Shown one piece after another: positions 36,651 through 50,509 of a stretch of 64,000 nucleotides of DNA. The notes beneath the pieces were generated by a model that saw only the letters and a program-made list of their open reading frames with translations, searched no databases and was not told where the DNA came from. The position numbers were made by a program, and so were the translations under genes. This DNA is from Centroscyllium fabricii (taxonomy: Eukaryota), in the NCBI GenBank assembly GCA_051313645.2, contig JBNRSN020000006.1, positions 223,262,001 through 223,326,000 of the forward strand, written 5' to 3'. Positions within the stretch are counted from its first letter, which is position 1. Every line of letters starts with the position of its first letter.

Positions 36651-37421
36651 TAATGGCCCAGAAATTCCGATCGCCCCGGGTGAGTACGCGCTGGGTACTC
36701 ACCCGCAGGCACATCCGAAGTGCCGGTTTCGTGCATGCACAGTGCATGCGCGTGAAACCGGCACTTCCCATCCCCTGACAGAAGGGGTCAGGGGTTGGAA
36801 CGCGTGCGCATGCGCGGCAGCACGTGTGCAATGCACTTGCGATTTTTTTACAGGTTGTGTCTCTGGGTAAGTATGGAGAAAGATACGGCTCCTATTTTCA
36901 TGCGCAAAGACCCCTTTTCAGAAGGTAAGTGGTGAATTTATTCAATTAAAAAAAAAAATTCCACAGGTTTTTTATTTTTACATACTTTAAAGGAAGGTAA
37001 GGTTTATTTATAGCCCCATAAAAACTTTAATTCTTTTTTTCAAAATTTTTATTTTTTGTTTAAAATAGCTAATTTATGTAATTGATAGTTATTTTTTAAA
37101 ATGTGATTTCTTTTTAAATTTATTTGAAGATTTACTAACATTTTGGGGTTGTAGTATTCATAAGTTTGACAGGTCTTCCTGTCAAACTTATGAATGGAGC
37201 ATTCTGTGCTCCGATTGGCTCTCCGTGGTCCACGTGATCCTGCGTGATATCTCGCATTAACTGCGCCGCTCGGATCCGGGAGCGCGGCGCGCCTGCACTT
37301 CAGGAAGGCCCCATATCAGAATGCTATGCGGAGGCACAGCTCAACGGCCGGCGCGGTACGTCAGTGTAGGTTGGAGGCTTGCACTTGCGGGAAGTCTCCA
37401 ACACGAATTTCTGGGCCATTA
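36651..37421. mobile_element. Non-autonomous DNA transposon with 17-bp perfect terminal inverted repeats
   Basis: TAATGGCCCAGAAATTC (36651-36667) and GAATTTCTGGGCCATTA (37405-37421). A related truncated copy lies at about 19100-19250. Confidence 0.8.
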
Positions 37422-37546
37422 TTTTGTCCTTTCAGAATATGAGTAGTTTCCCCCATTAGTTAGTGGGTAAGTGGTGTTGGACTGAGCCATACAGATCAGA
37501 AGATCCAATGATTCTGAGTTCACACTGAATTAACTGATCTCAGCTG

Positions 37547-38268
37547 CAGCATCCCTGGGCTTGTGCAATGGACCCAGCATTCCTGGGCTGGTACAATGAA
37601 CCCAGCATCTCTGGGCTAGTGCAATGGACCCAGCATCCCTGGGCTGGTACAATGGACCCAGCATCTCCGGGCTGGTGCAACAGACTCCAGCATGGGCTGG
37701 TGTAATGGACTGCAGCATCCCTGGGCTGGTACAATGGACCCAGCATCTCCGGGCTGGTGCAATGGACTCCAGCATCCCTGGGCTGGTGCAATGGACTCCA
37801 GCATCCCTGGGCTGGTGCAATGGACCCAGCATCCCTGGGCTGGTGCAATGGACTCCAGCATCCCTGGGCTGGTACAATGGACCCAGCATCTCCGGGCTGG
37901 TGCAATGGACTCCAGCATCCCTGGGCTGGTGCAATGGACTCCAGCATCTCCGGGCTGGTGCAATGGACTCCAGCATCCCTGGGCTGGTGCAATGGACTCC
38001 AGCATCCCTGGGCTGGTACAATGGACCCAGCATCCCTGGGCTGGTGCAATGGACTCCAGCATCCCTGGGCTGGTACAATGGACCCAGCATCTCCGGGCTG
38101 GTGCAATGGACTCCAGCAACCCTGGGCTGGTGCAATGGACTCCAGCATCCCTGGGCTGGTGCCAATGGACTCCAGCATCCCTGGGCTGGTACAATGGACT
38201 CAGCATCCCTGGACTGGTACAATGGACCCAACATCCCTGGGCTGGTGCAATGGACCCAGCATCCCTGG
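37547..38268. repeat. 28/29-bp minisatellite, left block
   Basis: Unit CAGCATCCCTGGGCTGGTGCAATGGAC(T)C. Confidence 0.97.
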
Positions 38269-39435
38269 TCTGGGCCCTGTGCCTGAACATCTCCCTGTGC
38301 AGATGGATCCTTGACTTCCTGTCGGGCCGTCGCCAGGTGGTGAAGCTGGGCAGCATCACCTCCTCTCCACTGACCCTTAAAATGGGAGCCCCCCAGGGAT
38401 GTGTGCTCAGTCCTCTCCTATACTCCCTATATACCCATGACTGCGTAGCCATGCAGAGCTCCAACGTCATCATCAAATTCGCAGATGACACGACGGTGGT
38501 GAGCCTGATCTCCGACGGCGATGAGATGGCCTACAGGGAGGAGGTCAGAGCTCGGACACATTGGTGCCAGGATAACAACCTCTCCCTCAACGCCAACAAG
38601 ACCAAGGAGATGATCGTGGACTTCCGGAAGTGGGGAGGAACACACACCCCAATCACTATCGATGGAACTGCAGTAGAGAGGGTCAGCAGCTTCACGTTCC
38701 TCGGCGTACACATCACCGAAGACCTCACATGGACTGAACATATCGGAAATGTGGTGAAGAAAGCTCAACAACGCCTCTTCAACCTCCGTCGTCTGAGGAA
38801 GTTCGGCATGAGCCCCCGCATCCTTAGGTTGTTTTATAGCAGCACCATTGAAAGTATCCTGACTGGCTACATCACCGCCTGGTACGGGAGCTGCACTGCC
38901 CTCAACCGCAAAGCATTGAAGAGGGTGGTGAGGACAGCCCAGCACATCACTGGAGTTGAGCTCCCCTCCCTCCAGGACATCTACACCAGCCGCTGTCTGT
39001 TGAAGACCCGCAAGATCATCAGGGACTCCAGTCACCCAAGCCACAGACTGTTCTTGCTGCTACCGTCTGGCAGACGGTATCGCAGCATCAGGTCCCGGAC
39101 CAGTAGACTCCGGGACAGCTTCTACCTTCAGGCCATCAGGCTGCTGAACAGCTAACAATTGCTCATGGCTACAGCCCGGGCCAGCACCCCACAATTTACA
39201 CCCCTACCTGCACTCCACAAATTTGCTCATACCCACCTGGTATTTGTATTTATATTATATACGTACTAGTATATTTTGTAATGTGTATTTTGTAAATTGT
39301 AACTTGTAAATTTGGTGGTTGATTGTTTTTTGTTCTTCTGTTACTGCACTGTTGAGGAGCTATGCACATAAGTTTTTCACTCGCATTTATACCTGTATAT
39401 CTGTGATGTAACAATAAAATGAATCTGAATCTGAA
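38269..39435 (+). mobile_element. Rex1/Babar-type LINE, 5'-truncated, inserted in the minisatellite
   Basis: LCRWILDFL...[20 protein letters not shown]...KFADD...[12 protein letters not shown], frame open to 39155. Tail AATAAAATGAATCTGAATCTGAA. Confidence 0.93.
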
Positions 39436-41302
39436 CCTGGTGCAATGGACCCAGCATCCCTGGACTGGTACAATGGACTCCAGCATCCCTGGGCTGGTGC
39501 AATGGACTCCAGAATCCCTGGACTGGTGCAATGGACTCCAGCATCCCTGGGCTGGTGCAATGGACCCAGCATCTCTGGGCTGGTGCAATGGACTCCAGCA
39601 TCTCTGGGCTGGTGCAATGGACCCAGCATCTCTGGGCTGGTACAATGGACTCCAGCATCTCTGGGCTGGTGCAATGGACTCCAGCATCCCTGGACTGGTG
39701 CAGTGGATTCCAGCATCTCTGGGCTGGTGCAATGGACTCCAGCATCCCTGGACTGGTGCAATGGACTCCAGCATCCCTGGACTGGTGCAATGGACTCCAG
39801 CATCCCTGGGCTGGTGCAATGGACCCAGCATCTCCAGGCTGGTGCAATGGACCCATCATCTCCGGGCTGGTGTAATGGACCCAGCATCCCTGGACTTGTG
39901 CATTGGACCCAGCATCCCTGGGCTGGTGCAATGAACTTCAGCATCTCTGGGCTGGTGCAATGGACCCCAGCATCCCTGGGCTGGTGCAATGGACCCAGCA
40001 TCCCTGGACTGGTGCAATGGACCCAGCATCCCTGGGCTGGTACAATGGACTCCAGCATCTCTGGGCTGGTGCAATGGACTCCAGCATCCCTGGACTGGTG
40101 CAATGGACTCCAGCATCCCTGGGCTGGTGCAATGGACTCCAGCATCCCTGGACTGGTGCAATGGACTCCAGCATCCCTGGGCTGGTGCAATGGACTCCAG
40201 CATCCCTGGACTGGTGCAATGGACTCCAGCATCCCTGGGCTGGTGCAATGGACCCAGCATCCCTGGGCTGGTGCAATGGACCCAGCATCCCTGGGCTGGT
40301 GCAATGGACTCCAGCATCCCTGGACTGGTGCAATGGACTCCAGCATCCCTGGGCTGGTGCAATGGACTCCAGCATCCCTGGGCTGGTGCAATGGACTCCA
40401 GCATCCCTGGACTGGTACAATGGACTCCAGCATCTCTGGGCTGGTGCAATGGACTCCAGCATCCCTGGACTGGTGCAATGGACCCAGCATCCCTGGGCTG
40501 GTACAATGGACTCCAGCATCTCTGGGCTGGTGCAATGGACTCCAGCATCCCTGGACTGGTGCAATGGACTCCAGCATCCCTGGGCTGGTGCAATGGACTC
40601 CAGCATCCCTGGACTGGTGCAATGGACTCCAGCATCCCTGGGCTGGTGCAATGGACTCCAGCATCCCTGGACTGGTGCAATGGACTCCAGCATCCCTGGG
40701 CTGGTGCAATGGACCCAGCATCCCTGGGCTGGTGCAATGGACCCAGCATCTCTGGGCTGGTGCAATGGACTCCAGCATCCCTGGACTGGTGCAATGGACT
40801 CCAGCATCCCTGGGCTGGTGCAATGGACTCCAGCATCCCTGGGCTGGTGCAATGGACTCCAGCATCCCTGGACTGGTACAATGGACTCCAGCATCTCTGG
40901 GCTGGTGCAATGGACTCCAGCATCCCTGGACTGGTGCAATGGACTCCAGCATCCCTGGGCTGGTGCAATGGACCCAGCATCCCTGGGCTGGTGCAATGGA
41001 CCCAGCATCCCTGGCCTGGTGCAATGGACTCCAGCATCTCTGGGCTGGTACAATGGACGCAGCATCCCTGGGCTGGTGCAATGGACTCCAGCATCCCTGG
41101 GCTGGTACAATGGACTCCAGCATCCCTGGGTTGGTGCAATGGACCCAGCATCCCTGGGCTGGTACAATGGACTCCAGCATCCCTCGGTTGGTACAATGGA
41201 CCCAGCATCCCTGGGCTGGTACAATGGACTCCAGCATCCCTGGGTTGGTGCAATGGACTCCAGCATCCCTGAGCTGGTGCAATGGACTTCAGCATCCCTG
41301 GG
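39436..41302. repeat. 28/29-bp minisatellite, right block
   Basis: Same unit, roughly 65 copies. It accounts for all the long repetitive ORFs in this interval. Confidence 0.97.
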
Positions 41303-41954
41303 AATAGGTAGGGGCATAAAATCAGCAAGTGTTTCCACTCCTGATTGCAGTCCAGTGATGTCACAGGAAAGTGAGTGTACGTTAGGGCATCTAGTGAGAA
41401 CTTCAAATGATGTGCCTTCATGTCCAGCACCATGGATAGATAGCCTGCCCTACACTTAAGCTTGGATTTTCCACTGCAGCCTGTTTAATATTAGGGTGGC
41501 AATCAGGCAACATGATAACAGTCAAGGAATTTCATGTGTTCGACTATGGATAAAAAGTTGCACTAATATCGATAGAACCTCCACTTCAGCAGCCATCAAG
41601 TAGGGGGTCTGGTGGTGGGCAGCTCCGTCACTTGACTTGTACTTGCACCTTGAATTTCCATTCCCAACATTTTAGCATTGTTTCTTTGTCCTCTGGCCTT
41701 TAAGCCTCGGTTAAAATTGAAAATGGATTGAAATACCTTTTAAGGCTCTCCAAAAGCTTTTTGAATTTTTATCATTTTTTTAAATTGTCGCTATCCTTTT
41801 AAATTTTACTTCCGCACAATTCTCGCCTTCACTGGTGTGCTCCTACAGCTGTATAGATCTGCCCTGAAATTATGTTAATAAGCTGACTTCAAAATATTGG
41901 GTGCAAACATCACGCTTCCATTTGAGTCTGTCTAAAACCCACCAATAGTTAGTA

Positions 41955-42190
41955 CACCCAAAGATATGCAGGTTAGGTGAATTGGAGATACCAAAAAAAA
42001 AATTGCCCATGAGTATGATTGTGAGATATAGTTCTTAGAGTTGGGGGTGTCAGGGGATATGGGGATAGGGTAGGAGGGGGGTGCTGGGTTTGGATGATCA
42101 GCCATGAGCTCATCAAAATGGCAGAGCAGGCTCAAAGGGCCGAATGGCCTACTCCTGCTCCTATCTTCTGTGTTTCTGTGTTTCTGTGGA
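41955..42190 (+). mobile_element. HE1-type SINE 3' half
   Basis: ccaaagatatgcaggttagg...gggtttggatgatcagccatg...ggcctactcctgctcct(tctgtgtt)n. Confidence 0.7.
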
Positions 42191-43434
42191 TCTAAACCAT
42201 ATCAATTCAATTCAATTCAAATTGCTTTATTGGCATGACAAGATACATCTTATGTTGCCAAAGCACAGAAAAAGGACATATACAATTGAACATACAAATG
42301 CAGAACTAGACATACAGTGAATGGATAACTATGCAAACACATACATATATAACCACATATAAATCTCATATACTCTTCTTAGTATACCCCGCCTGACATA
42401 GAGTCATCCAGACTCGAATCATCTTTGGCTTGTTCTGCGATTTTCATTAAGAAAAATCCTTTTTTTTTTTAAATCATTCTGTGGGATTTTCACAGACAGC
42501 AGACTGTAACATTTGACCCAGAAATCAATACCAGAAAATCTAGGCCATTCTGTTTACATTTAATTTTGACAATGAGCAACTGGGTGAGGTTCAAAATGCA
42601 CTTACATATTTGACATTCTAGAACAGCTGAACACCTCAGAGTGAATGAAACATGTCTTCATACACTAAATATTTCAGTTATGCAGTTACAGTCTCACCAT
42701 CGTAAATATTGCAAGCAGGACTGACAACTTAATCAATTTTGCTGCCATCCTCGCTTCCTTGCATATTGCAACATTTAATAGCTAGGGTTTCTGCCTGTGT
42801 TAACAATTCTTGCACATAATGTGCAACACTCTCAGGATGCATGCTTAATAAAGATGGATGAGGCATTGGCATGTGACCCTACATTTTCCAATTGTCTGCC
42901 GTTCAAAATAGGCACTAAAGGCCAACAGCATTCTTGCCTGTGAGGAAGGAAGTCCTAAAAGATGTACAACTGTTTATTTCAAATTGTTATTTTGTTTTTA
43001 AAGCAACCATCATTTTAATGCTTGAAGTGGTGGAATTCACAGAAGGCATACCAGGAAGGTCAGCTGGTGCAAGAGCTGGACAGCCAGGACCCACCATTAT
43101 GTTACCAACTGTATCTGCAGACCCTGGCACTGATTAAAGGAAATTGCCTCTGCAGGGTCCGTGAGCAGGGAGGCAGTTTCCATGTACCATAAGGGGACCT
43201 GCAACCAACATACACCATAGAGTTACTATTGACACAGACAGTGAAAGTAACTTCCTCTCTCAACTGTTATGCCTGCTTTCAGGAAAGCATAAGGATCTTC
43301 TGTTTTCTCAGTCAAATTTACTGCCCGTAGATAGAGCCACCAATTAATTTTTTTGTTCAATGGGACCAGTACTTTAATCTCCTATCCAATGAATAACAAT
43401 AACAGCAAGATACGGATGCTCAATTTCAACACAC

Positions 43435-46400
43435 TGTTTATGGTCTACATTAATGATTTGGATGTGAATGTAAAAGGTATGATCAGTAAGTTTGCAGATG
43501 ACACGAAAATTGGTGGGGTGGTAAATAGCGAGGAGGGAAGCCTCAGTCTGCAGGACAATGTAGATTGGTTGGTCAGATGGGTGGAACAGTGGCAAATGGA
43601 ATTTAACCCTGAAAAGTGTGAGGTGATGCATTTTGGAAGGACTAACAAGGCAAGGGAATACACAATGAATGGTAAGCCCCTAGGAAAGACAGAGGGTCAG
43701 AGGGACCTTGGTGTGCATGTACATAGATCCCTGAAGGCAACAGAACAGGTGGATAAGGTGGTTAAAAAGGCATATGGGATACTTGCCTTCATTAGTCGAG
43801 GCATAAGAGCAGGGAGGTTATGATGGAGCTGTACAAAATGCTGGTAAGGCCACAGCTGGAATATTGTGTGCAGTTCTGGTCACCACATTATAGGAAGGAT
43901 GTAATTGCTTTGGAGAGTGCAGAGGAGATTCACCAGGATGTTACCTGGGCTGGAGCACTTCAGCTATGAAGAAAGACTGGATAGGCTGGGGTTGTTTTCC
44001 TTGGAGCAGAGAAGGCTGAGGGGGGACTGAGATACCTCAATTACGACTGAAGCGAGTTTCTTAATAAAGAGGCTTTTATTAACAAAGAACTAACCGTATC
44101 CCCGATGAGTCCGCCTAGTACAAAAGACAAGTGGGCGGAGCGTACTCCTTTATACTAGCACCCAGAGGCGGGGTCAGCCGGGACAGGTCACCACAGAAAG
44201 ATAAAGGCATTAACAGATATATAACAAGAAATATACAAACACATTAAATCGAACTATATACAATAACACACCAAAAGGTTCATCACATTCACCCCTTCCT
44301 TAAAAACAAGTCCCGTGGGGTGAATATCAGCACTGTGTTATAAGTCTCTGTGGAGGTTTAATAGTCTGAACAGATCAGCGAGGCAGTGTCGGTTCTGGCG
44401 AAGAAGCGGGAGTAGCTGTAATCGGAGAAGACGCTGACGGGGCTCCCGACGTGAACAGAGACTCCACTGGTGGAAGAGGTACCTCAGGCACGAGAAGAGC
44501 TGGTGGAGGTGTAGCAGCCCCTGGAAGAGCAGGCTGAACAAAGCGATGAGCTCCGTCGTGCATCGGAAGTGACGAGGGCCCCGATGTGGTGTGTGCAGGT
44601 GAATGAAAAGATGGCCCCTGTTGTGAAACTGTGACCTGGGAGGGCAAGGGCTCCGCCAACGACTCAGTGTGAACGTCTCCAGTGGGCGCAAGGTCTCTAA
44701 CCGAGACGGTATCCTCACGCCCGTCTGGGTATGCCACGTAGGCATACTGAGGGTTGGCATGCAGAAGGCGCACACGTTCGACAAGAGGGTCCGTTTTGTG
44801 GCCACGGACATGTCTTCTAAGCAAAACCAGCCCCGGGTTGGTCAGCCTTGTCGGCAGGGACGTTCCCAAAGTCGATTTCCTGGGGAAAGAGAAGAGTTTC
44901 CACGATTGCTTGGGCCTCCTTTTCCACTGAAGAGAGGCGGACTTCAGGGCCCTGCAGGGTACGGGAGAAGAAAGCGACAGGCCTGCCTGCCTGGTTAAGG
45001 GTGGCGGCCAGGGCGAAGTCGGAGGCGTCGCTTTCGACCTGGAAGGGGAGAGACTCATCAATGGCATGCATGGTAGCCTTGATGATGTCTTGCTTGATGT
45101 GAGAAAAAGCAATTTGGGCCTCTAACGGGAGTGGGAAGGAAGTAGCCCTGAGGAGAGGCCAGGCCTTATCAGCATAATGGGAACCCATTGTGCATAATAA
45201 GAGAAAAACCCCAGGCATCTCCTCAAAGCTTTGGGGGAGTGTGGTAGGGGCAGCTCCTGAAGGGGGCGCATATGTCGGGATCGGGGCCGAGGACCCCATT
45301 CTCAACCACGTAGCCGAGGATAGCCAACCGGTTAGTGCTGAAAACACATTTATCCTCATTGTAAGTGAGGTTCAGACGCTGGGCCGTATGGAGAAACCTG
45401 TCCAAATTGGCATCATGATCTTGCTGGTCATAGCCGTAGATCGTGACATTGTCCAAATACGGGAATGTGGCCTGCAAATCATACTGGTCAACCATTCGGT
45501 CTATCTCTCGTTGGAAAACCGAAACTCCGTAGGTAACCCCAAAGGGGACCCGGAGGAAATAAAAAAGGCGCCCATTTGTCTCGAAGGCAGTGTATTTACG
45601 GTCCTCAGCTCTGATGGGGAGCTGGTGATAGGCCGACTTAAGGTCGATGGTGGAGAAGACCTTATACTGGCCGATCTGATTGACCATGTCATTGATTCTA
45701 GGAAGCGGATAAGCGTCGAGGCCACTGTAGCGGTTAATAGTCTGGCTATAGTCGATGACCATGCGCTGTTTGTCACCAGACTTAACCACCACCACCTGGG
45801 CCCGCCACGGGCTGTTACTGGCCTCAATGATGCCCTCCCGCAACAACCGAGCAACCTCTGCCTTGATGAAGGTCCGGTCCCCCGCTCTGTATCGCCGACT
45901 CTTGGTTGCAATGGGCTTGCAGTCAGGGTCAAGGTTGGTGAACAGCGAGGCGGGGTCGATCTTCAAGGTAGACAGACCGCAAGAGGAGTGTGGTTGTGAG
46001 GCAGGGCAGTCGCGGCTGCTGACCGTGAGAGGAGGCAGGGGACCGCCGTACGCCATCGTCACGCTCTGCAGGTTGCACTGGAAGTCCAGGCCAAGCAACA
46101 CAGGGGCGCAGAGCTGTGGGAGGACGTACAGTTGTAAGTCGCGGTATGTCGACCCCTTCACGGTAATGGTGACTATACAGCAGCCAATGACATCCGCAGT
46201 CTGGGACTTGGAGGCGAGGGAGATTTTACGATGTGTGGGCCTAACCCTGGGGGAATAACGGTGCACCGTATCAGGGTGTATGAAGCTCTCCGTACTCCCA
46301 GTGTCGAACAGATATTGGGTGAGGTGCCCCTCCACCCGGATGGGCATCATCGATGACATGAGAGGATGAGGTAGAGACAGGTTGAGAGCCGTAGAGGCAA

Positions 46401-48379
46401 GTGTGGTGTGCGCGCTGGGGCCCTTGTGCCATGCAGGGTCCGGCGTTGTCAGGTCTGCGAAAGATGGCATGATTCACACGCGGCGGGCAGCGGTGGCGTT
46501 TTGGGCCGTTGGGAGGACCGCTGGGTGGGTCACCAAAGGGCTCGTGGCGCACAAGCGCCAGAATGCTGAATTGCCCCGGAGTTGCCTGTTGCTGCTGCCA
46601 GGATCGGTAGAGTTGCTCCTGAGCTGCCTGTTGCTGCTGCTGCCAGGATTGGTAGAGTTGACTGGATCAAAGATAGCGGCACCCTGGGCTGGGACTGGGC
46701 CACTGCTGCCAGGATCCGAGTTGACTGGATCAAACATGGCGGCGCCCTGGGCTGGGACTGGGCCGCTGCTGCCAGGATCCGAGGAGTTGACTGGATCAAA
46801 GATGGCGGCGCCCTTGGCTCCGCCCCTGGTTCAGACGGTGCCGGCGCTGCCAGGATCAAAGATGGCGCCCGCGTTTCGCACCAAACCGCCGATGGAGAAG
46901 ATGCCCGTGCCTCCAAAGATGGTGGAGCGCGGGAAACGACTGAGGAAGAAGGCGCCCGCGCCCCCAAAGATGGCGGAGCATGGGAAACGACGATGGTGGG
47001 CCACCGCTGAGTTGGGTGGGTGGCGATTGTTGCGAGGGCTGCTGTAGCGATGTCTGCGATTTCGGCGAGTTCTGCGAGGGCCGCGATTTCTGCGAGGGTT
47101 GCTGTCGGGGCGCGCTAGGTACCTGAGGCCACTCTGTGGCGTGGCCATCGCAGGCCACTGCCGTTTTCCGGGCTGATTCCGGGCCGATCGGCAGACCTTT
47201 ACAAAATGGCCCTTGTTGCCACATCTGGAGCATGAAGACGCCTTCGCTGGGCAGGAGCTTCGTGGATGGTGTTTCTGTACGCAAAAGAAGCATTTTGGAG
47301 GCGCTGGCAGGCTAGATGGCGTCGTGGCCACAACGGTCGCTGTCGAGGGCGTCGAACTCGAGTCCCAAGGCCCAGGGGAAACCGCATGGGAGCCGCGCCC
47401 CGTGTACGAATCTAGGCTCCGGAGGGCCCCATCCGCCGCGTTAGAAAGTTTCACCGCCTCATTAAGGGATAAGTTATCCTGCTCGAGCAGGCGGGTGCGG
47501 GCTGGGGCCAATCTGATGCCCGCCACGTAGGCATCGCGGACGAGGAGGTCCATGTGTTCCTGGGTGTTAACAGGGGTGCATCCGCAGCACAGAACAAGAG
47601 CTTGAAGAGCCTCCAGGTACTCCTCATTCGACTCACCATGCTGTTGCCGCCGCGTGGCGAGGAGATGGTGAGCATAGACTGCGTTGACTGGCTGGAGATA
47701 TCGAGCCTTCAGCAGCTCCATCGCTGCATCGTATTCCATGGTGTTCTTAATTAGGGAATACACCCTGCCACTCACGCAGGAGACCAGGACTCTTCTCTTG
47801 TGCGCATCGCTGACTCCGGCCACGACAAGGTACGACTCGAAACAGCTTAGCCAGTGTTCAAAATCATTTGATGCGTTCGGTGCCTGGGGGTTGAGGTCGA
47901 GAGGTTTCGGTTTCAGAATGATCTCCCACCTCTCCAATGCTGCTGGCTGCTGATTTTCATTCTGCAAGGCGCCCTGCTGCTGTTGGCTCATTTTAAAATT
48001 TTTGTTAATAAAATTGAGATACCTCAGTTACGACTGAAGCGAGTTTCTTAATAAAGAGGCTTTTATTAACAAAGAACTGAACCGTATCCCCGATGAGTCC
48101 GCCTAGTACAAAAGACAAGTGGGTGGAGCGTACTCCTTTATACTAGCACCCAGAGGCGGGGTCAGCCGGGACAGGTCCCCACAGAAAGATAAAGGCATTA
48201 ACAGATATATAACAAGATATATACAAACACATTAAACAGAACTATATACAATGACAGTACAGTGTGAATCACACCAAACAGTTCATCACAGGGACCTGAT
48301 TGAGGTGTACAAAATTATGAGGGGCATAGATAGGATAGATAGAAAGGAACTTTTTCCCTTAGTAGAGGGGTCAATAACT
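43435..48379 (+). mobile_element. CR1 LINE fragment split by Gypsy E (43435-44027 and 48291-48379)
   Basis: YINDLDVNVKGMISKFADDTKIGG. The frame resumes after E as DLIEVYKIMRGIDR. Confidence 0.9.
44028..48290 (-). mobile_element. Gypsy element E (Mag-like), internally deleted and frameshifted
   Basis: LTRs at 48015-48290 and 44028-44287, TSD GGGAC, gag ATG at 47991, RT YLDN. RNase H EAQAIVE is fused to the post-core integrase FSFPRKS at about 44898, a deletion of about 1 kb. Confidence 0.95.
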
Positions 48380-50395
48380 GCGCAATCTGATTCACCATGT
48401 CCGCTATCCGGGGGAGGGGGTATGCGTCTAGCTGGGTGAACCGATTGATGGTCTGACTGTAGTCTACCACCATCCGGTTCTTCGCTCCGGTTTTCACCAC
48501 CACTACCTGCGCCCTCCAGGGGCTATTACTGGCCTCGATAACCCCCTTCTTCAGGAGGCGCTGCACCTCGGACTTGATAAAGTCCATGTCCCCAGCACTG
48601 TAGCGCCTACTCTTGGTGGCGACGGGCTTGCAGTCTGGGGTGAGGTTGGTAAAGAGAGAGGGAGGGGCGACCTTAAGGGTCGAGAGGCCACAGGTAGCGC
48701 GCCGGGGGTGCTGCGCTGAGCACCGGTTGCTGACCGTGAGCGAGGGAAGGGGCCCACCATACGCCATGGTAACGCTTTGGAGATGGCACTGGAAGTCCAG
48801 ACCCAATAGTAATGGAGCGCAGAGCTGCGGCAGCACGAAAAAGCTAAAATTATTAAAATGCACGCCCTGCACCGTTAGGGCCACTGCGCAACGCCCAGAG
48901 ACGTCCGCAGATTCAGATTTAGAAGCCATTGAAATTCTTTGGCTCGCTGGCATAACCTTAAGGGAGAGGCGCTTTACTGTCTCAGGATGAACAAAACTCA
49001 CCGTGCTCCCACTGTCGAAAAGGCACACCACGTCCTGTCCGTTCACTCCCACCGGCATCATCGATTTCCCGAGCGATTGGGCCTTGTTCTGGTCAAGAGT
49101 CACCGATGCCAATATTGGGTCAGCCGATTCCTCTTGATCCGAAGAGTAGTCCTCCGGGGCCGGTCCCCAAGATGGCTGCCGCCATGCGGTGTACTGCGGA
49201 GGGGGTGGCTGGGTCCAATATGGCGACTGCTGCCATGCGGGGTGCGGAGTGGGGGATGGTTGAGTCCAATATGGCTGCTCCCATGTTCCACACGCGGCAC
49301 TGCCCGGTTTCGGTTTAGGGGCTGATGTGGTCGCCTTACAGACTTTGGCGTAATGTCCCTTTTTTCCACATTTTGAGCAGGCCGCTTCTCTTGCCGGGCA
49401 GCTACGTCTCGGATGCTGAGACTGCCCGCAGAAGTAACATTTTGCCGTCTTCGCGTGAGCGGCTGCGATCATTTCTTCCGCCGGCCGTTGCGCCGGCGCT
49501 GTCCAAGATGGCGGGGCTGGGCCCGTATAATTGCCGGAATACGACGAAAGATTTAGTGAGGCCACGTCCAGCGCGTGTCCCAGATCCGTTGTTGCCTGCA
49601 GGTCAAGGCCGTTCTGCTCTAACAGCCTCTGTCTGATATAGTCCGACCTGAGGCCTGTAACGTATGCATCTCTAATGAGACTGTCCACATGGAGCTGGGC
49701 CGATAGCGCTCTGCATTCGCAGGCCCGTGAGAGCACTCTCAGCGCTCTTAAAAATTCCACACTGGACTCACCGGGTTGCTGCTTCCTGGTGGCTAGGAGG
49801 TGTCTGGCGTGGACGATATTGGGTGCCTGGTTGTACTCTGCCTTGAGGATCCTGATAGCATCCAAAAAAGATGAAGCGTCCACGATCATAGAGTACACCT
49901 GAGGGCCCACCCGGGCGTTGAGGAGCTGCCGTTTGTCCTGTTCGGTCCGGACGACCGCTGCATTCGCTCTCAGGTACGCATCGAAAACATCATACCAGTG
50001 CGAGAATGTGTTTGATGCACCTGGTGTCCGGGGGTCCAGTTCAAACGTTGCTGGCTTGAGCATCGCTTCCATCTTCAAAATTTAGTGAATAAAATTGTGA
50101 CCGAAATAACGACCTCGTGGACGAGTAGTTATAAGGGTGAAACAATACGGCTTTTATTCACTAAATGGTGGACATGCACCAGGTAGTCGACCGTCCCCAG
50201 GAATGGCTGGGGGATGGGAGACGGCCACTTATATACCTCCTCCTGGGAGGGAGGAGTCGTGGGTGGAGCCAGCCTGGGCATGTCCAGGTAATCGTACAAC
50301 AGGTTAAACAGGTTATATACAAACATAGATATAAGCACGATTACAGAGATACATCATAGGGTGAGTATATACAATGGAAACAGTGGTTTACCACA
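48376..50395 (-). mobile_element. Gypsy element F (family of C), 3'-truncated
   Basis: 5' LTR 50096-50395. Open gag-PR-RT N-terminus from ATG 50072 to IADMVNQIAQ, joined to CR1 at an AACT microhomology. The right flank is an HE1-SINE tail. Confidence 0.93.
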
Positions 50396-50509
50396 CAGGG
50401 TACTGGGTTTGGATGATCAGCCATGATCTCATTGAATGGCGGAGCAGGCTCGAAGGGCCAAATGGCCTACTCCTGCTCCGTTCTTTTATGTTTCTATGTT
50501 TCTATGTTC

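Noticed and set aside
37692-39155. 487-aa repeat-RT fusion protein
   Set aside because: Chance read-through from the minisatellite into a 5'-truncated Rex1 ORF. It is antisense to cdh17 with no promoter evidence.
37530-41459. Long repetitive ORFs (up to 631 aa) on both strands; possible CRISPR-like array
   Set aside because: These are by-products of a stop-poor 28/29-bp tandem repeat open in most frames. There are no unique spacers or cas genes, and the context is a vertebrate intron.
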